A stretch of DNA of 64,000 nt from Octopus sinensis (Eukaryota). Position 1 is the first letter of the stretch. Each line of letters starts with the position of its first letter. Location of the stretch: contig NC_043020.1 in the NCBI RefSeq assembly GCF_006345805.1, positions 15,748,001-15,812,000 on the forward strand. Reading direction: 5' to 3'. The translations under genes were made by a program, and so were the position numbers. Of the stretch, positions 1 through 12,325 are shown in pieces. Below the pieces are notes generated by a model. It saw only the letters and a list, made by a program, of their open reading frames with translations, did no database searches and was not told where the DNA came from.

Positions 1-262
1 TTAAAGAGTTGCATTCTCTCTCCAAGAACCCAAGTTCAGCCATACTATGCTCCAGAGGCGATGGTATGTATCTTGTAGCTCCAATAATAAGTATGAAAAT
101 GAAAGTGTATCTTGGGTACTGGATTTGCAAAACCCTTATCAGTGGTCTATAGATGTCCTCTTTCTCCTGTATTTTTCTGACCACATTGATATCCAGAAAG
201 CAGCTGATTTCTACAAGAGAGCATATCTTTTTTTGCGGTCCTACACAACAATATTTGTCTAT
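1..262 (-). mobile_element. Non-LTR retrotransposon fragment, C-terminal restriction-like endonuclease (R4/NeSL-like group); runs off the window edge
   Basis: Manual minus-strand translation: degenerate (R)xDIVV*DRKK, frameshift, then KICSLVEISCFLDINVVRKIQEKEDIYRPLIRVLQIQYPRYTFIFILIIIGATRYIPSPLEHSMAELGF. This matches the RLE pattern PD..E..(K)..KE..Y..L...IIIGA.G. The 5' end is truncated at a (TG)/(TATG) microsatellite. Confidence 0.7.
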
Positions 263-304
263 ATGCATATGTGTGTGTGTGCGTGTGTGTGTGTGTGTAT
301 GTAT

Positions 305-551
305 GTCATTCAGTTTTATTTCAATCTCTCTTGCCAATAGAGAAAGAGTTGGTTTCTAACCTAGACCCAAGGATCCTTCATTGGAATTTCAACATCATGT
401 ATGTATGTATATAAGTATGCATGTATACATGTGCATAATTATGTATGTATGTATGTACGTTTTATTTCAAGATTTCTTGCCAATAGAGAAAGAAGAGCGA
501 GCCAGTTTTTAATCAAGATCCAAGGTCATTCATTGGAATTTCAATGACAAC
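305..551 (-). repeat. Two copies (about 305-396 and 459-551) of an ~90-bp element embedded in (TATG)n
   Basis: Shared blocks ttttatttcaa..tcttgccaatagagaaaga..ccaagg..ttcattggaatttcaa. On the minus strand each copy ends in aaataaaac followed by (ATAC)n. Confidence 0.7.
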
Positions 552-929
552 AGGGTATTTTTGTATGTATGTATATGTGCAGATTTGCATGTTTTGTTTT
601 GTTTTGTATGTATGTATGTATGCATGTGCATATGTATGTCTGTAAGTATGTCTACATACATGGTTTATAATATTGCTTTAACATATTTCTAAAATTATCC
701 GAGTATGGGGCTAGAAATTTCATGAGTGGAATGGTCAGGACACCTTCATCAGCAGTGTTCCAGCATGGTCACAGTCCAAGACTGCACAAGTAAAGGATGA
801 AAGATACAGAGCTTCGCACAGACAAATGGTTTCAAAATCCTGTTTTTGCAGAGAACAACAGGAATGGGATGTGAACTGAGCCCTGATGGACATCCATGTG
901 CATACAAATTCTTAACAGATATCACTGCA

Positions 930-2005
930 TCAGGCTCCAATCAATTTTGGTTTCGTTTCTATAGCTGGATGCCCTTCCTATCACTAACCACTCCACAATG
1001 TGTACTGGGTGTCTCTTACATGTCACTGGCACAGGCTCCACTCATGTGTCACCGGCATAGATGCCTTGCATGTATCACTGGCACAAGTGTCTCTCATGTG
1101 TCACTAGGACAGGTGCCTCTCATGTGTCACTGGCACAGGTGCCTTGCATGTGTCACTGGCACAAGTGTCTCTCATGTGTCACTAGGACAGGTACCTCTCA
1201 TGTGTCACTGGCACAGGTGCCTTGCATGTGTCACTGGCACAAGTGTCTCTCATGTGTCACTAGGACAGGTGCCTCTCATGTGTCACCAGCACAGCTCCCT
1301 TTCATGTTTCACTGGCACAGGGGCCTCTCATGTGTCACCAGCATAGCTCCCTTTCATATGTCACTGGCATAGGTCCCTCTCATGTGTCACTTGCACAGGT
1401 GCCTTTCACATGTTACTGGTACAGGTCCCCTCTCATGCATCACTGGGACAAGTACCTTTCTTGTGTCACTGGCACAGGTCCCATATGTGTCACGGGCATA
1501 GATGCCTTTTATGTGTCACTAGAGCAGGTGCCTCTCTTGTGTCACTGGCACAGATGCTTTTCATGTTTCAGTAGCACAGGTGCCTCTCATGTGTCACTGG
1601 TACAGGTGCCTCTCATGTGTCACTGGCATAAATGCCTTTCATGCGTCACTGGCACAGATGTCTTTGACATGTTACTGGCATAGGTGCCTCTCATGTGTCA
1701 CTGGCACAGGTGCCTTTCACATCTCACTGGCACAGAGGCACCTCTCATGTTACTGGGACAGGTGCCTTTCATGTGTCATTGGCACACATGTCTCTCATGT
1801 GTCATGTTATTGGCATAGGTGCCTCTCATGTGTCACTGGCACAGGTGCCTTTCATGTCTCACTGGCACAGGCACCTCTCATGTGTCACTGGCATAGATGC
1901 CTTTCACATGTCACTGGTACAGATATCTTAGACATGTCACTAGCACAGGTGCATTTCATGTGTAACTGGCAAAGATGCCTTCCATGTGTCACCAGTACAG
2001 GCCAT
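930..2005 (-). repeat. 26-bp minisatellite (about 1017-2003, roughly 38 units) grown inside an RTE 3'UTR remnant
   Basis: Unit tgtgtcactggcacaggtgcctctca and variants. A 78-bp higher-order unit repeats three times at 1044-1277 (26-aa repeat in ORF 846). It is preceded by the family core gctggatgcccttcct..aaccactcc. Confidence 0.9.
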
Positions 2006-2918
2006 GATTAAAAAATAATAGCTGTTAAAAATGTACTTTAAATTTATTTCATGAGTTATTGAAAGATTTGCTGCACAACTGCAACCAAGTTGCGGACATT
2101 TTTCTGTAGCAATAAATAAATTTAAGCTTAAAGTGAATTATCAGCTTTGTCTATTATAAAATGGCTGGAATCGGCCTTCCCTAAAGAAGAAAAAAAATGT
2201 AGTACAGACAATGGGAGGAGTACGAATCATTAAGTCTATGGCTGACAGCCCAATGATCTGCTGATTTGGCAAGCGGTGACACTAAGAAGGATATTAAAAG
2301 AGCAGAGAACAATGATAATATAGGGCTCTTTCACATATCCCACACTTCTCTCCCTACGTCTCTCATTGTGATTAACTCCTTTCCAGTTTTCCGTTTCAAC
2401 CTTTTTAACTTGTTCACTTCTTTTCCTCTTCTGCTCGTTATTAAATTGACCACTCTAATGAAGAGTTGAAAATGTCAGACCTTTTCATTCCTCGCGGCAA
2501 TGAAATATATTCAACTTACAAGCTCTTTTGAAAGATGAAGCAGGTCGAACAGAGACAAGAGGAAAATAGCAGAGAGACTTCTTGTGTTTGTGTATGTGGG
2601 GGGGGGGGGTCAGTGGTGGCAATATCCGACAAGCCAATCAACCTTAGATTAATGTCAAATTCAACTTGATATGGTTACTGCTAATTAAATTTAGCTTAAA
2701 ATACGAATGCTACTCGTGAAAATTAGTATGAAATATGGTTGATATGCTGTTTTGTTTGGGGGAGGGTCATAATGCCAATAATAGTAAACACACACACACA
2801 CTGGTTCAGAATCACTTCTTTATTGCTAGTCAGTCAGTTAAATATCTAACCAACTAACGAATTGTTCACTTGTTTAACATGTTGGTCAAACAATCACTTA
2901 GAAGTTGACCAACCAAAT

Positions 2919-3125
2919 CTAACCATTTAGTATTCAGATTATTCTGTCAAATATAATATTGTTTTGAATCAATCATGCATTATCTAGTAGCTCAGAGATT
3001 CTGATGATGTGATTGCTTAGTTTTAGAATGACATTGTAGGGTTGAGGTAAGAGGTCAGATCTAGCTGGTTTCAACATAAAACAGGTTAAATACTTTGGCC
3101 TGATATGGCATTTGAGGTAACCCAT
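2919..3125 (+). mobile_element. Degenerate piggyBac-type MITE copy
   Basis: Body matches the TTAA-flanked copies at 33757 and 52949 (aaccatttagtattcagattattctgtcaaat...gaatgacattgtaggg). Termini are eroded. Confidence 0.65.
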
Positions 3126-3473
3126 CTTAGTACAATGAAAAGAAGTAAATGCTTGTTCCAGCAGCTTTCCAAGTTATTCATTTAAAACCTGGCTGAAAGT
3201 ACTACACTATATATATATATTTGTGTATTAAGGCTACCATTGGTTTCATGTTAAGGAAAACCTTAACAATTATCAAGCCTATCACATGGGACATTGGTGT
3301 TCATCTTGGATTAAAATTGAGACAAACATTGATATTCCATGTGACAAGCTTGATAATTGTTGATGTCTTCCTTAACATGAAACTAATGGTAGCCTTAATA
3401 TGCAAATAAAAACTATTTATCCACCAATGCATTGTTGAGCATTTGTTCTCATTGCTTTATACTTATGTGTGTG

Positions 3474-3504
<31 letters not shown>

Positions 3505-4455
3505 GATGGGTTTCTTTCAGTTTGTATTTACCAAATCTACTCACAAGGCTTTGGTCAGTCCAAGGCTATATTAGAAGATTGAACCTAAAACCTCGCAGTT
3601 GGGAAGCAAGCTTCATACCATAGAGCCAGGCCAGTGAAATTTTGGAAAGACAACCTAGTCCGGAAACCATTACCATTTTGATTATCTTCGTTAATTTATC
3701 ACATTAATGAATAATATTTATGTGCTAATCTTTTCATCACCTTTACTTTCGACTTTAATGATTTATTTATCTGTCTAGTGTATAGAATATCAATGCGATA
3801 TACACTACTAAATTATATAGCCCCTTTGTATCAGAAATCCATCATTGTGTAGTATGAGAGTGTCAAACTAATAAAGTGTAATAATTCTGACAGGTGGAAA
3901 TAAAATCTACGACTTAAAACTCTTTTACTGGTTTCCGATATTGAACTGTGGCCATACTGGGATAATATCTTCGAGGGTTTTAGCACCATTTTATTCTTTC
4001 TGGTTGGTCATACTGACACCATTAATTATTTCAATCAGGTACATAATTTTATCGATCCCTGTTTATTGAAATAGCTAAGCCGTACCATTTCTTGTGTAAA
4101 AGGGGTATAACTTGACAAAGATTTACACTCATATACACAGACATACATACATATACATCATCATTCAACATCCATTTTTCCCTGCTGGCATTGGTTGGAT
4201 GGTTTGACAGGAGCTGGCAAGACCAGGAGCTGCACCAAGCTCCATTGTCTGCTTTGGTATGACTTCTATAGCTGGATACCCTTCCTAAAGTCAACCACTT
4301 TACACAGTGTACTGGGTGCTTTTTACGTGACACCAGCACCAGTCCTTTTTATGTAGCACCAGCACTAATGCTTTTTACATGACACCAGCACCATATCTAT
4401 TATATAAAATCCATTCTGTCTGTGTGTGTGTGTCTTCTAAGATCTTGGGCATCCA

Positions 4456-4770
4456 CCATGTCATTGCACTCAAATTTGATATGTAGATACCAACGGTATC
4501 AGGGTGTACATAAGTCTTGAAGAAATTACAAAAATCGATTCCAGGTGAGAATGTGATAGATAAAGCCGTGGGAAAGTGCATTTGTACATCAGCTGTTGCG
4601 ATTGATACTACACGTATGCAAGAAAAATGCACGGTGTCTCAAATTTAGGTAAAATCAGTGTTTCTCAAAGGGGAGGCCTATGGGACGGTCGGACAAGTTG
4701 TTTTGAGAAAATTTGGTTTAAATGTTTGACAACTCAGCACCATCCATTGGACAGGGGGCGTTTTGCTCAT
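4456..4770 (+). mobile_element. Unclassified bipartite repeat, copy 1 (arms 4456-4569 and 4633-4770, 63-bp spacer)
   Basis: Both arms match the reverse complement of 13841-13954 and 13471-13608. Confidence 0.75.
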
Positions 4771-5136
4771 CTTTGATTAAATGGAAGGGTGGATAGACGG
4801 ATGGATAGAAACAAAGCAAGCATACTGAAAAGAAGTGACTTGTGACAACAGAAAATAAAAACACCAAATATAAATATACATTGCGGTAGTTTCATGAAAT
4901 AGATAAAAACAATTTTGCAATTTCTTAATGACCAACCTGCACAGATCATTTGGTTGTGATCAAATGTTTGTGCTGCACATAAGATCACTCTCTCCATCAA
5001 ATCAACATTGCTCGTACAGGTGCATGGTGTGTCATACATCACATGTTGGAGCAACCGCACAGCAAGGTAAGATGAAGTGTTTTGCTCAAGAACACAACGC
5101 AGCCCCTGGTTCAAGAATTGAACCCATGATTTAGTG

Positions 5137-5415
5137 ATTGCAAAAATGTCGCTAGAAGCTAGGATCACCAAGCATAGATTGGCATATTTTGGTCATATTA
5201 TGTGGAGAAAATCCCTGGAGAAGGACATCATGCTCGGAATGGTCAGTGGCAAGAGAGGAAGAGGCCGACCAAGAACCCGCTGGCTTGACACCATCAAGAG
5301 TGATACCGGAATGGACATAGTCAATCTGAAGGAAGCGGCTCAGGATAGAACTGACTGGAGGACACTGATCCAATGAGTGACCGAGAGTTGACTTCGACTG
5401 AGCGGATAGAGAGAG
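5137..5415 (+). mobile_element. 5'-truncated RTE LINE (BovB-like 3' end)
   Basis: ORF 5134-5376: RLAYFGHIMWRKSLEKDIMLGMVSGKRGRGRPRTRWLDTIK..AAQDRTDWR is the typical RTE C-terminus. The tail gagtgaccgagagttgacttcgactgagcgga plus a simple repeat resembles the BovB tail. Confidence 0.85.
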
Positions 5416-7233
5416 AGAGACTTCAAATTTTATCTTTACTTTTTCTTTTTTGCTTTATTTGTTTCAGTCTTTGGGCTGTGACCACACTGGGACGCCACCT
5501 TGAAGGGTATTATTCACACAAATCGACTCCAGTATTCATTTTTAATTCTGGTATTTAATGTATCAGTCTCTTGTTGAACCATTAAATTACAGGGATGTAA
5601 ACAAACCAACATCGGATGTGAAGCAGTGGCGGCGGACAAATGCCACATACACACAGACACGCATACATAAGTATATACATAAACACACACAAACAGGCAC
5701 ATATATATATATATAATATATACATACATATATATATTTTTATATATATATAATTTACTGTTCCATTATGGTAGGGTCAACAAAAAAATACCATTTAATG
5801 CACATTGTATTAAGGTATGAGCTACTGATAGAATCTTGCCATCGAGACACATAGTTAGGCAGATTTTTATAAAGAACTCTGTATCTCCAAGCAATTTTTT
5901 AGGTTCTGGGCACATGGTTTGTTCTATTTGAGAAACAGGATGCTGGCAAATGAAAAATCATGAGAGAAAAAAACGAGACAGTTGATGTAAAAAGTGGGAT
6001 GAGAAAACAAGAGTGAATAAAAACAGAAAAAGAAAGGAAAAGAAAATATTAGAGTTATGTCTCCTTTGATCATAGAAATCATAATTAAACTAGCTGGTGT
6101 GAAATAATTCAATGGAGAATGGTCCAAAGTCTGCGAGACAGCTGCTCAATTTGGAGAGGGTGGTGACCTCCAGTTCAACAAAAAAAAACTTGTTTATATG
6201 CTTGCATTTGCTGAAAATCTCTTATCTGGAATTAAATAGTGTGATGAAATTTTTGGATCTAAAAAGAACGTGCAATCTTTCAGCTATGCTTGAATTGTGT
6301 CTTTCAGATACATTTAAACATAGCATAGATTTCTCTACAATTCTCCAATTGACGGTATGCATTAGATCTTCAAACCCAATATGTGGATAGCCAACTTAGT
6401 GGCTCTACTTCTGTCAATATGCCAAAAAGAAGACTTGCAGTTTACATAACGTCTTTTAAAATTACTTTCGCATAAACCAATATAATATTACATTGGTTTA
6501 TGATAATGAATTTGGAGCATAGTAATAACTGAAATTGTTTAAAATGAGCAAGTAATTATTTTATGATTTCCTTTTGAAGTTGATCCGACATCCAGCAGCT
6601 TAGAACCAAATTAATTTTTCTTATTTATAAACATACGTGTATTGTGATGTAGTGTAGTGTTTTAACTTTGAAATTTTGTCAGATAAGTAGGAACAGGTTC
6701 AGTGATGAGGAAATATCAGACTATTAGTATTCCCAGTCAACAGACAAAACCAGAAATACTTAATTGGTAATTAGATATGGCGTTAGTTTGTGTGTTTATG
6801 TGTGTGCATGTTTTTTTTGTTGTTTTTTTTTGTTGTTTTTTTTTGTTTTTAAATACTTGAATGAAATTGCAGAGAATCGCTTTTGAAGAAGAATAGTTGT
6901 AATATTTGAAAGTGTAAAATTTAAACAATTCTGACTAGCTTTAAGTAGACAAAGAAACAAAACATGGACTGCCATCCATCAAGTTTTCAAGAAATATTCA
7001 AACTAAGTCATCACTGTTTTCCACAGACTTTTCACCAATTTAATTTCTTTTCCTTCTTTCAAAAATTTTCTTTCATTCTTTCCTTTTAGTTTCCTTTACT
7101 AAATTCACTATTCCTGCCTTTTCATTCTTTCATATATACATATATATATATATATATATACATACACACTCACACATCTATGTATACATATACATAATCA
7201 TGATATTATCATCATACATATATACATATATAT

Positions 7234-7535
7234 ATCATCATCATCATCATCATCGTTCAACGTCTGCTTTCCATGCTGGCATGGGTTGGACGGTTCAACT
7301 GGGGTCTGGGAAGCCAGAAGGCTGCACCAGGCCCAGTCTGATCTGGCAGTGTTTCTACAACTGGATGCCCTTCCTAACGCCAACCACTCCGTGAGTGTAG
7401 TGGGTGCTTTTTACGTGCCACCGGCACAGGTGCCAGACGAGGCTGGCAAATGGCCATGATCGGATGGTGCTTTTTACGTGCCACCAGCATGGGGACCAGA
7501 CGAAGCTGGCAACGGCCACGGTTGGATGGTGCTTA
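7234..7535 (-). mobile_element. RTE LINE 3'UTR copy with (GAT)n tail and two ~61-bp internal units
   Basis: catcatcatcgttcaacgtctgctttccatgctggcatgggttggac...gctggatgcccttcctaacgccaacc. At 11160 and 17650 the same sequence is contiguous with RTE coding remnants. Further copies lie near 4160, 17320, 43675, 45680 and 47050. Confidence 0.8.
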
Positions 7536-7804
7536 TGATGACTTTTGAAATATAACCCCAAATGTAATTGGTAGAACTATATACATGTTCAATCTCATGT
7601 GGACATCTACGTAAGTGATTACATAAGTGGTAACAACAAAACTGGTTTGTGATTAATCTGTATATTTTGTATCTTTTCACTTGTCTTGCTCGCTTATGTT
7701 CTGGCAGTTGCTAAATTTTCTTGAGAACATTCCTTTCTTAGTGGTAAGACCATAGGGGGGGGCGACTTCCCTCTTATATGTATGTAATATCTATCTATCT
7801 ATAC

Positions 7805-7839
<35 letters not shown>

Positions 7840-8067
7840 TTGTGAGCAAGGACACTGTATTTTGTTTTGCAACCATAATAAACTACCTAATATATAAAGT
7901 CAACGTTGTGTCTTACTTTTTGTGTTAGCAGTGCAATATTCTCATTTTTAAGATTATCTCTATAGATTTTCTATATAATTCAGAGCTAGCTCTGTAAGTT
8001 ACAACATTTTGTATACAAATACATCTATGTAAACAATGTGATTGAAGATACAACAAAGTAGGTAATG

Positions 8068-8109
<42 letters not shown>

Positions 8110-8661
8110 TTGTGTGTGTGTGTATGTTTGTCCCCAACTGCTATCACCTGACAACCAATGCTGGTGTGTTAATACCCCTGTAACTTACTGGTTTGGCAAA
8201 AGAGACCGATAGAATAAATACTAGGTTTACAAAAAAATAAGATTTCTTTGACTAATACTGTTTAAGACTATGCTCCAGCATGGCTGTAGTCAAATGACTG
8301 AAACAAGTAAAAGAATAAAAGAATCCATCTATCTATCCATCCGTCTGTGTGTGTGTGTATGTGTTTATGAATGTTTACAATAGGCTTCTTTCAGTTTCCA
8401 TCTATTGTATCCACTCACTATACTATACTACACTTATACAACACTTAGCCTGGGGGCTACAGTATAGGACAGTTGCTTAAGATACCTAGCAGTGGAACTG
8501 AATTGGAAACCACATGGTTGGGAGACAAGCTTCCTAACCACACAGCCACACCTGTATGTATGCATGTACTGGACTGATACTTATTTTATCAATCCTGAAA
8601 TGATGAAAGGCAAAGATGATCTCAGCAGAATTTGAACACAGAATATAAAGACAGATGAAAT

Positions 8662-9045
8662 GGAAGCACTCCGTCGGTTACGACGATGAGGGTTCCAGTT
8701 GATCCGAATCAACGGAACAGCCTGCTTGTGAAATTAAAGTGTAAGTAGCTGAGCACTCCACAGACACGTGTACCCTTAACGTAGTTCTCGAGGATATTCA
8801 GCGTGACACAGAGAGTGACAAGGTTGGCCCTTTGAAATACAGGTACAACAGAAACAGGAAGTAAGAGTGAGAGAAAGTTGTGGTGAAAGAGTACAGCAGG
8901 GATCACCACCATCCCCTGCCGGAGCCTCGTGGAGCTTTAGGTGTTTTTGCTCAATAAACACTCACAACGCCCGGTCTGGGAATCGAAGCTGCGATCCTAT
9001 GACCGCGAGTCCGCTGCCCTAACCACTGGGCCATTGCGCCTCCAC
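8662..9045 (-). mobile_element. Full-length tRNA-derived SINE family C with 11-bp TSD, inserted in a SINE B copy
   Basis: Minus-strand head gtggaggcgcaatggcccagtggttagggcagcggactcgcgg..ttcgattccc. TSD acagatgaaat at 8651-8661 and 9046-9056. Confidence 0.9.
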
Positions 9046-9680
9046 ACAGATGAAATACTGCTAAGCTCAAACACCTTTTACTGCCACTTTTAGATCACAC
9101 TATCATCTTATCACTAAATTACTTTTAAAACAAAGTTGTAATTTCCCTATATTTTGACAGACATTGTCTAGAACAATACCTGTGCAAAACCAAGAGTGTG
9201 ACGCACTGGTCTTAACACCAACCTGAACTTCTAACTTGTTGTTTCTTGAGGTCTCTGGGTGAGACTTGAAGTCAACTTGTACAAATACAAAGCGAGGCCA
9301 AAGCCAAATATATAATAATAATAATAATGATAATAATGATGATAATAATAATATTAATAATAATAATAATGATAATAATAATATTAATAATTTTAATGAT
9401 CTTAATAATACTAATAATGATAATAATAATAATAGTAATAATATTAATAATGATAATAATAATAATATTAATGATCTAAATACAATTAATAATGAAAATA
9501 ATAATAATAATGATAATAATAATAATAATAATAATAATTTCTTTCTCCTATATGCACAAAATCTAAAATTTGTAGGGAAGGAATTAGTCAATTAATTCAC
9601 CTCATTGCCTGACTGGTTCTTGTTTTATTGATCCTGAAAGGGTGAAAAGTGAAGTTGACCTCAGCAGAATATGAACTCAG

Positions 9681-9718
<38 letters not shown>

Positions 9719-9800
9719 TAGGCATCCTCACAATTTCCTTCTACCAATTTCACTTACAAAGCATTGGTTGGCTCAGAGCTATAGTAGAAAACAATTGCTG

Positions 9801-10034
9801 AAGGTGAGCTGGCAGAATCGTTAGCACGCCGGGCGAAATGCGTAGCTGTATTTCGTCTGCCGTTACATTCTGAGTTCAAATTCCGCCGAGGTTGACTTTG
9901 CCTTTCATCCTTTCGGAGTCGATAAATTAAGTACCAGTTACGCACTGGGGGATCGATGTAATCGACTTAATTCGTTTGTCTGTCCTTCTTTGTCCCCTCT
10001 ATGTTTAGCCCCTTGTGGGTAGTAAAGAAATAGG
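9801..10034 (+). mobile_element. SINE family B (about 20 copies in the window)
   Basis: ggtgagctggcagaatcgttagc..ctgagttcaaattccgccgaggttgactttgcctttcatcctttcggagtcgataaattaagtaccag. The core resembles the widespread metazoan SINE Meta/MESC-type domain (recalled, not searched). Confidence 0.85.
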
Positions 10035-10127
10035 TACTGAGTAATGGGACTGAACTTAAAACCATGTAGTTACAAAGCAAGCGTCTTAACCACACACCCA
10101 TGCTTCATAATAATAATAATAATAATA

Positions 10128-10158
<31 letters not shown>

Positions 10159-10188
10159 TAGGAATAATAATAATAATAATAATAATAG

Positions 10189-10223
<35 letters not shown>

Positions 10224-10649
10224 TAATAATAATTTAAAAAAACAACAATATAAATTTAAAAAAATAAAAAACAAAAGGAACCATGAAATACATGAAATAT
10301 CAGAAAACAAAGAAATTTGCAGTTTTCTAAATAAAATGTAAAAAAAGACAATAAACAAAGAAACTTGTGGTAATAAGAAATTAATTGGATTACAAAATAG
10401 TTGGCAGTTTAAGAACATTTGCTGTTTGGCATTAAAGATTCTTCACACCTGAGCACCAAAACCTCAACGAAGGAAGTAAAAGAGAAGTCAGGAAACACTG
10501 GGTTGCATGGCAATACAGAAAATGTTCCAGTTGTTTCTAGCTTTCATTTTAATTTCAGTTTTATTGGATTTTGACTAACTGCAGATGTGTACCACACTAT
10601 GTGTACATATGTGCGTATGTATGTATTTGTGTATGTGCTTTATATATAG

Positions 10650-10694
<45 letters not shown>

Positions 10695-10774
10695 AATAAG
10701 GATAATATCGACTATTTAAATATCGATATTATCAAGTGGCCAGCATGGGAATAAGTACCATACAAAGGTAATAA

Positions 10775-10873
10775 TTTTTTACAACTAAAAATAAGGTTCT
10801 TAGAGTCAGGGATTTGACTGCTATTTCGGCATGGTGGTGTCTCTCAGACACCCTTATTTTTAGTTGTAAAAAA
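10775..10873. repeat. Perfect 22-bp inverted repeat enclosing a degenerate HHR-like motif
   Basis: ttttttacaactaaaaataagg (10775-10796) pairs with ccttatttttagttgtaaaaaa (10852-10873). Confidence 0.8.
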
Positions 10874-10905
10874 ATACATACATATTATATATATATATAT
10901 ATATT

Positions 10906-11087
10906 TGCCATGATAAATCATTAGCCACTACACATTTTTTTCTCTCCTTGTTTTTTTATGTGTCCCTTACTGTAGAAGAGCGTAGGCTCGAAACATAAAA
11001 GACTTTTTCTATTCCTCAGTGTTATACTAATACATCTGTTTGTCTTGTACACCACCTGTCTTCGTCTTTTGTTTTTTCATAAACTCT

Positions 11088-11090
<3 letters not shown>
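10906..11090 (+). mobile_element. HHR-a family element (~185 bp, between (TA)n runs) with hammerhead-like motif at 10961-11003
   Basis: cttaCTGTAGAa-gagc-gtag-gctc-GAAAcata-aaag. The body matches copies at 12178, 22410, 25440, 43480 and 62935. Confidence 0.75.
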
Positions 11091-11159
<69 letters not shown>

Positions 11160-11162
<3 letters not shown>

Positions 11163-11635
11163 ATTGTCATCATCATCATCATTATTTAATTTTGTTTTCC
11201 ATGTTGGCATGGGTTGGACAGTTTGATTGAGGCTGGGTAAGGCTGGGGACCACGTCAGGCTCTGTTGTCTTTTCTGGTATGATTTCTATGGCTGGATGCC
11301 TTCCTGATACCATCCACTCTACAGAGTGTACTGGGTGCATTTTATGCGACACCAGCACTTTTAACATGGCACCAGCACCGATATCAATTCTGCTGTGGCA
11401 GATGAATCTACTTGAGTACAGTAAGGTATTCTTATCTTGGCCTCTTGACATCTCCTTTGTAAAGCTCAATGCCTTGAGATCAGTTTTCCATACCTCATCC
11501 CATGTCTTTCTGGATGTCCCACTTACACAAGTTTTATTGACTTTAAGTTATCTGCACTTCTGCATGCAACTCTCAACATCCACATGTATCACATGATCAA
11601 ACCAGTGCAATTTTCTATCTTGCACATTGCATCTG
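11160..11635 (-). mobile_element. RTE LINE 3' end: C-terminal coding remnant plus 3'UTR
   Basis: Minus strand reads IRCNVQDRKLHWFDHVI..SGTSRKTWDEVWKTDL, a decayed RRLRWYGHV..GRGRPRKTW motif, running into the 3'UTR core and (GAT)n tail. Confidence 0.75.
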
Positions 11636-11651
11636 ATTTATATATATATAT

Positions 11652-11977
11652 ATACTCTTTTACTCTTTTACTTGTTTCAGTCATTTGACTGCGGCCATGC
11701 TGGAGCACCGCCTTTAGTCGAGCACATCGACCCCGGGACTTATTCTTTGTAAGCCCAGTATTTATTCTATCGGTCTCTTTTGCCGAACCACTAAGTGACG
11801 GGGACGTAAACACACCAGCATCGGTTGTCAAGCAATGCTAGGGGGAGAAACACAGACACACAAACACACATACATACATATACATATATACGACAGGCTT
11901 CTTTCAGTTTCCGCCTACCAAATCCACTCACAAGGCATTGGTCGGCCCGGGGCTATAGCAGAAGACACTTGCCCAAG

Positions 11978-11985
<8 letters not shown>
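11652..11985 (-). mobile_element. SINE family A copy (most abundant family, about 30 full or partial copies)
   Basis: Reverse complement of the family body gcaagtgtcttct..gccttgtgagtggatttggtag..(TA/TG)n..gactgaaacaagtaaaagag. Confidence 0.85.
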
Positions 11986-12033
<48 letters not shown>

Positions 12034-12177
12034 AAGAGTGTGTGTTAGAAGATCTTATTTTGAAGGAGATTAGAGTTTTATTACTTCTTTGAAATGAATA
12101 ATGTCTGACCTGAAAAGTCTCAAAGTGTTTGTGTGTGTGTGATGATGATGATGATATATATATATATATATATATAG

Positions 12178-12325
12178 TTCAAATATACGAAAACAAAATC
12201 AAAGATAGGTGAGGGAGAAATAAGCAGGTGTATTAGTTTAATGCTAGGAAAGAATGGAAAAGTCTCTAGGCTCTTCGACAGAAAGGACTGAGAGGGAAAA
12301 ATGGAGAGAGAAATTTTAAAAATGT
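12178..12325 (-). mobile_element. HHR-a family copy with most of the ribozyme deleted
   Basis: Minus strand cctttCTGTCGAagagcctag then directly agacttttcc; the gctcgaaacgta segment is missing. Confidence 0.65.

Noticed and set aside
846-2011. Cys/His-rich repetitive ORFs, or a CRISPR-like array
   Set aside because: These are translations of a 26-bp minisatellite whose unit is not a multiple of 3. There are no unique spacers and no cas genes.
2140-2300. Enhancer-like cluster (acaatgg, gctgacag, aatcatta); also GC boxes at about 61575
   Set aside because: Short motifs alone are not evidence without conservation or chromatin data.
6112-6390. 92-aa ORF in unique AT-rich DNA with possible internal splice sites
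   Set aside because: No recognisable motif and weak splice context; within chance expectation.
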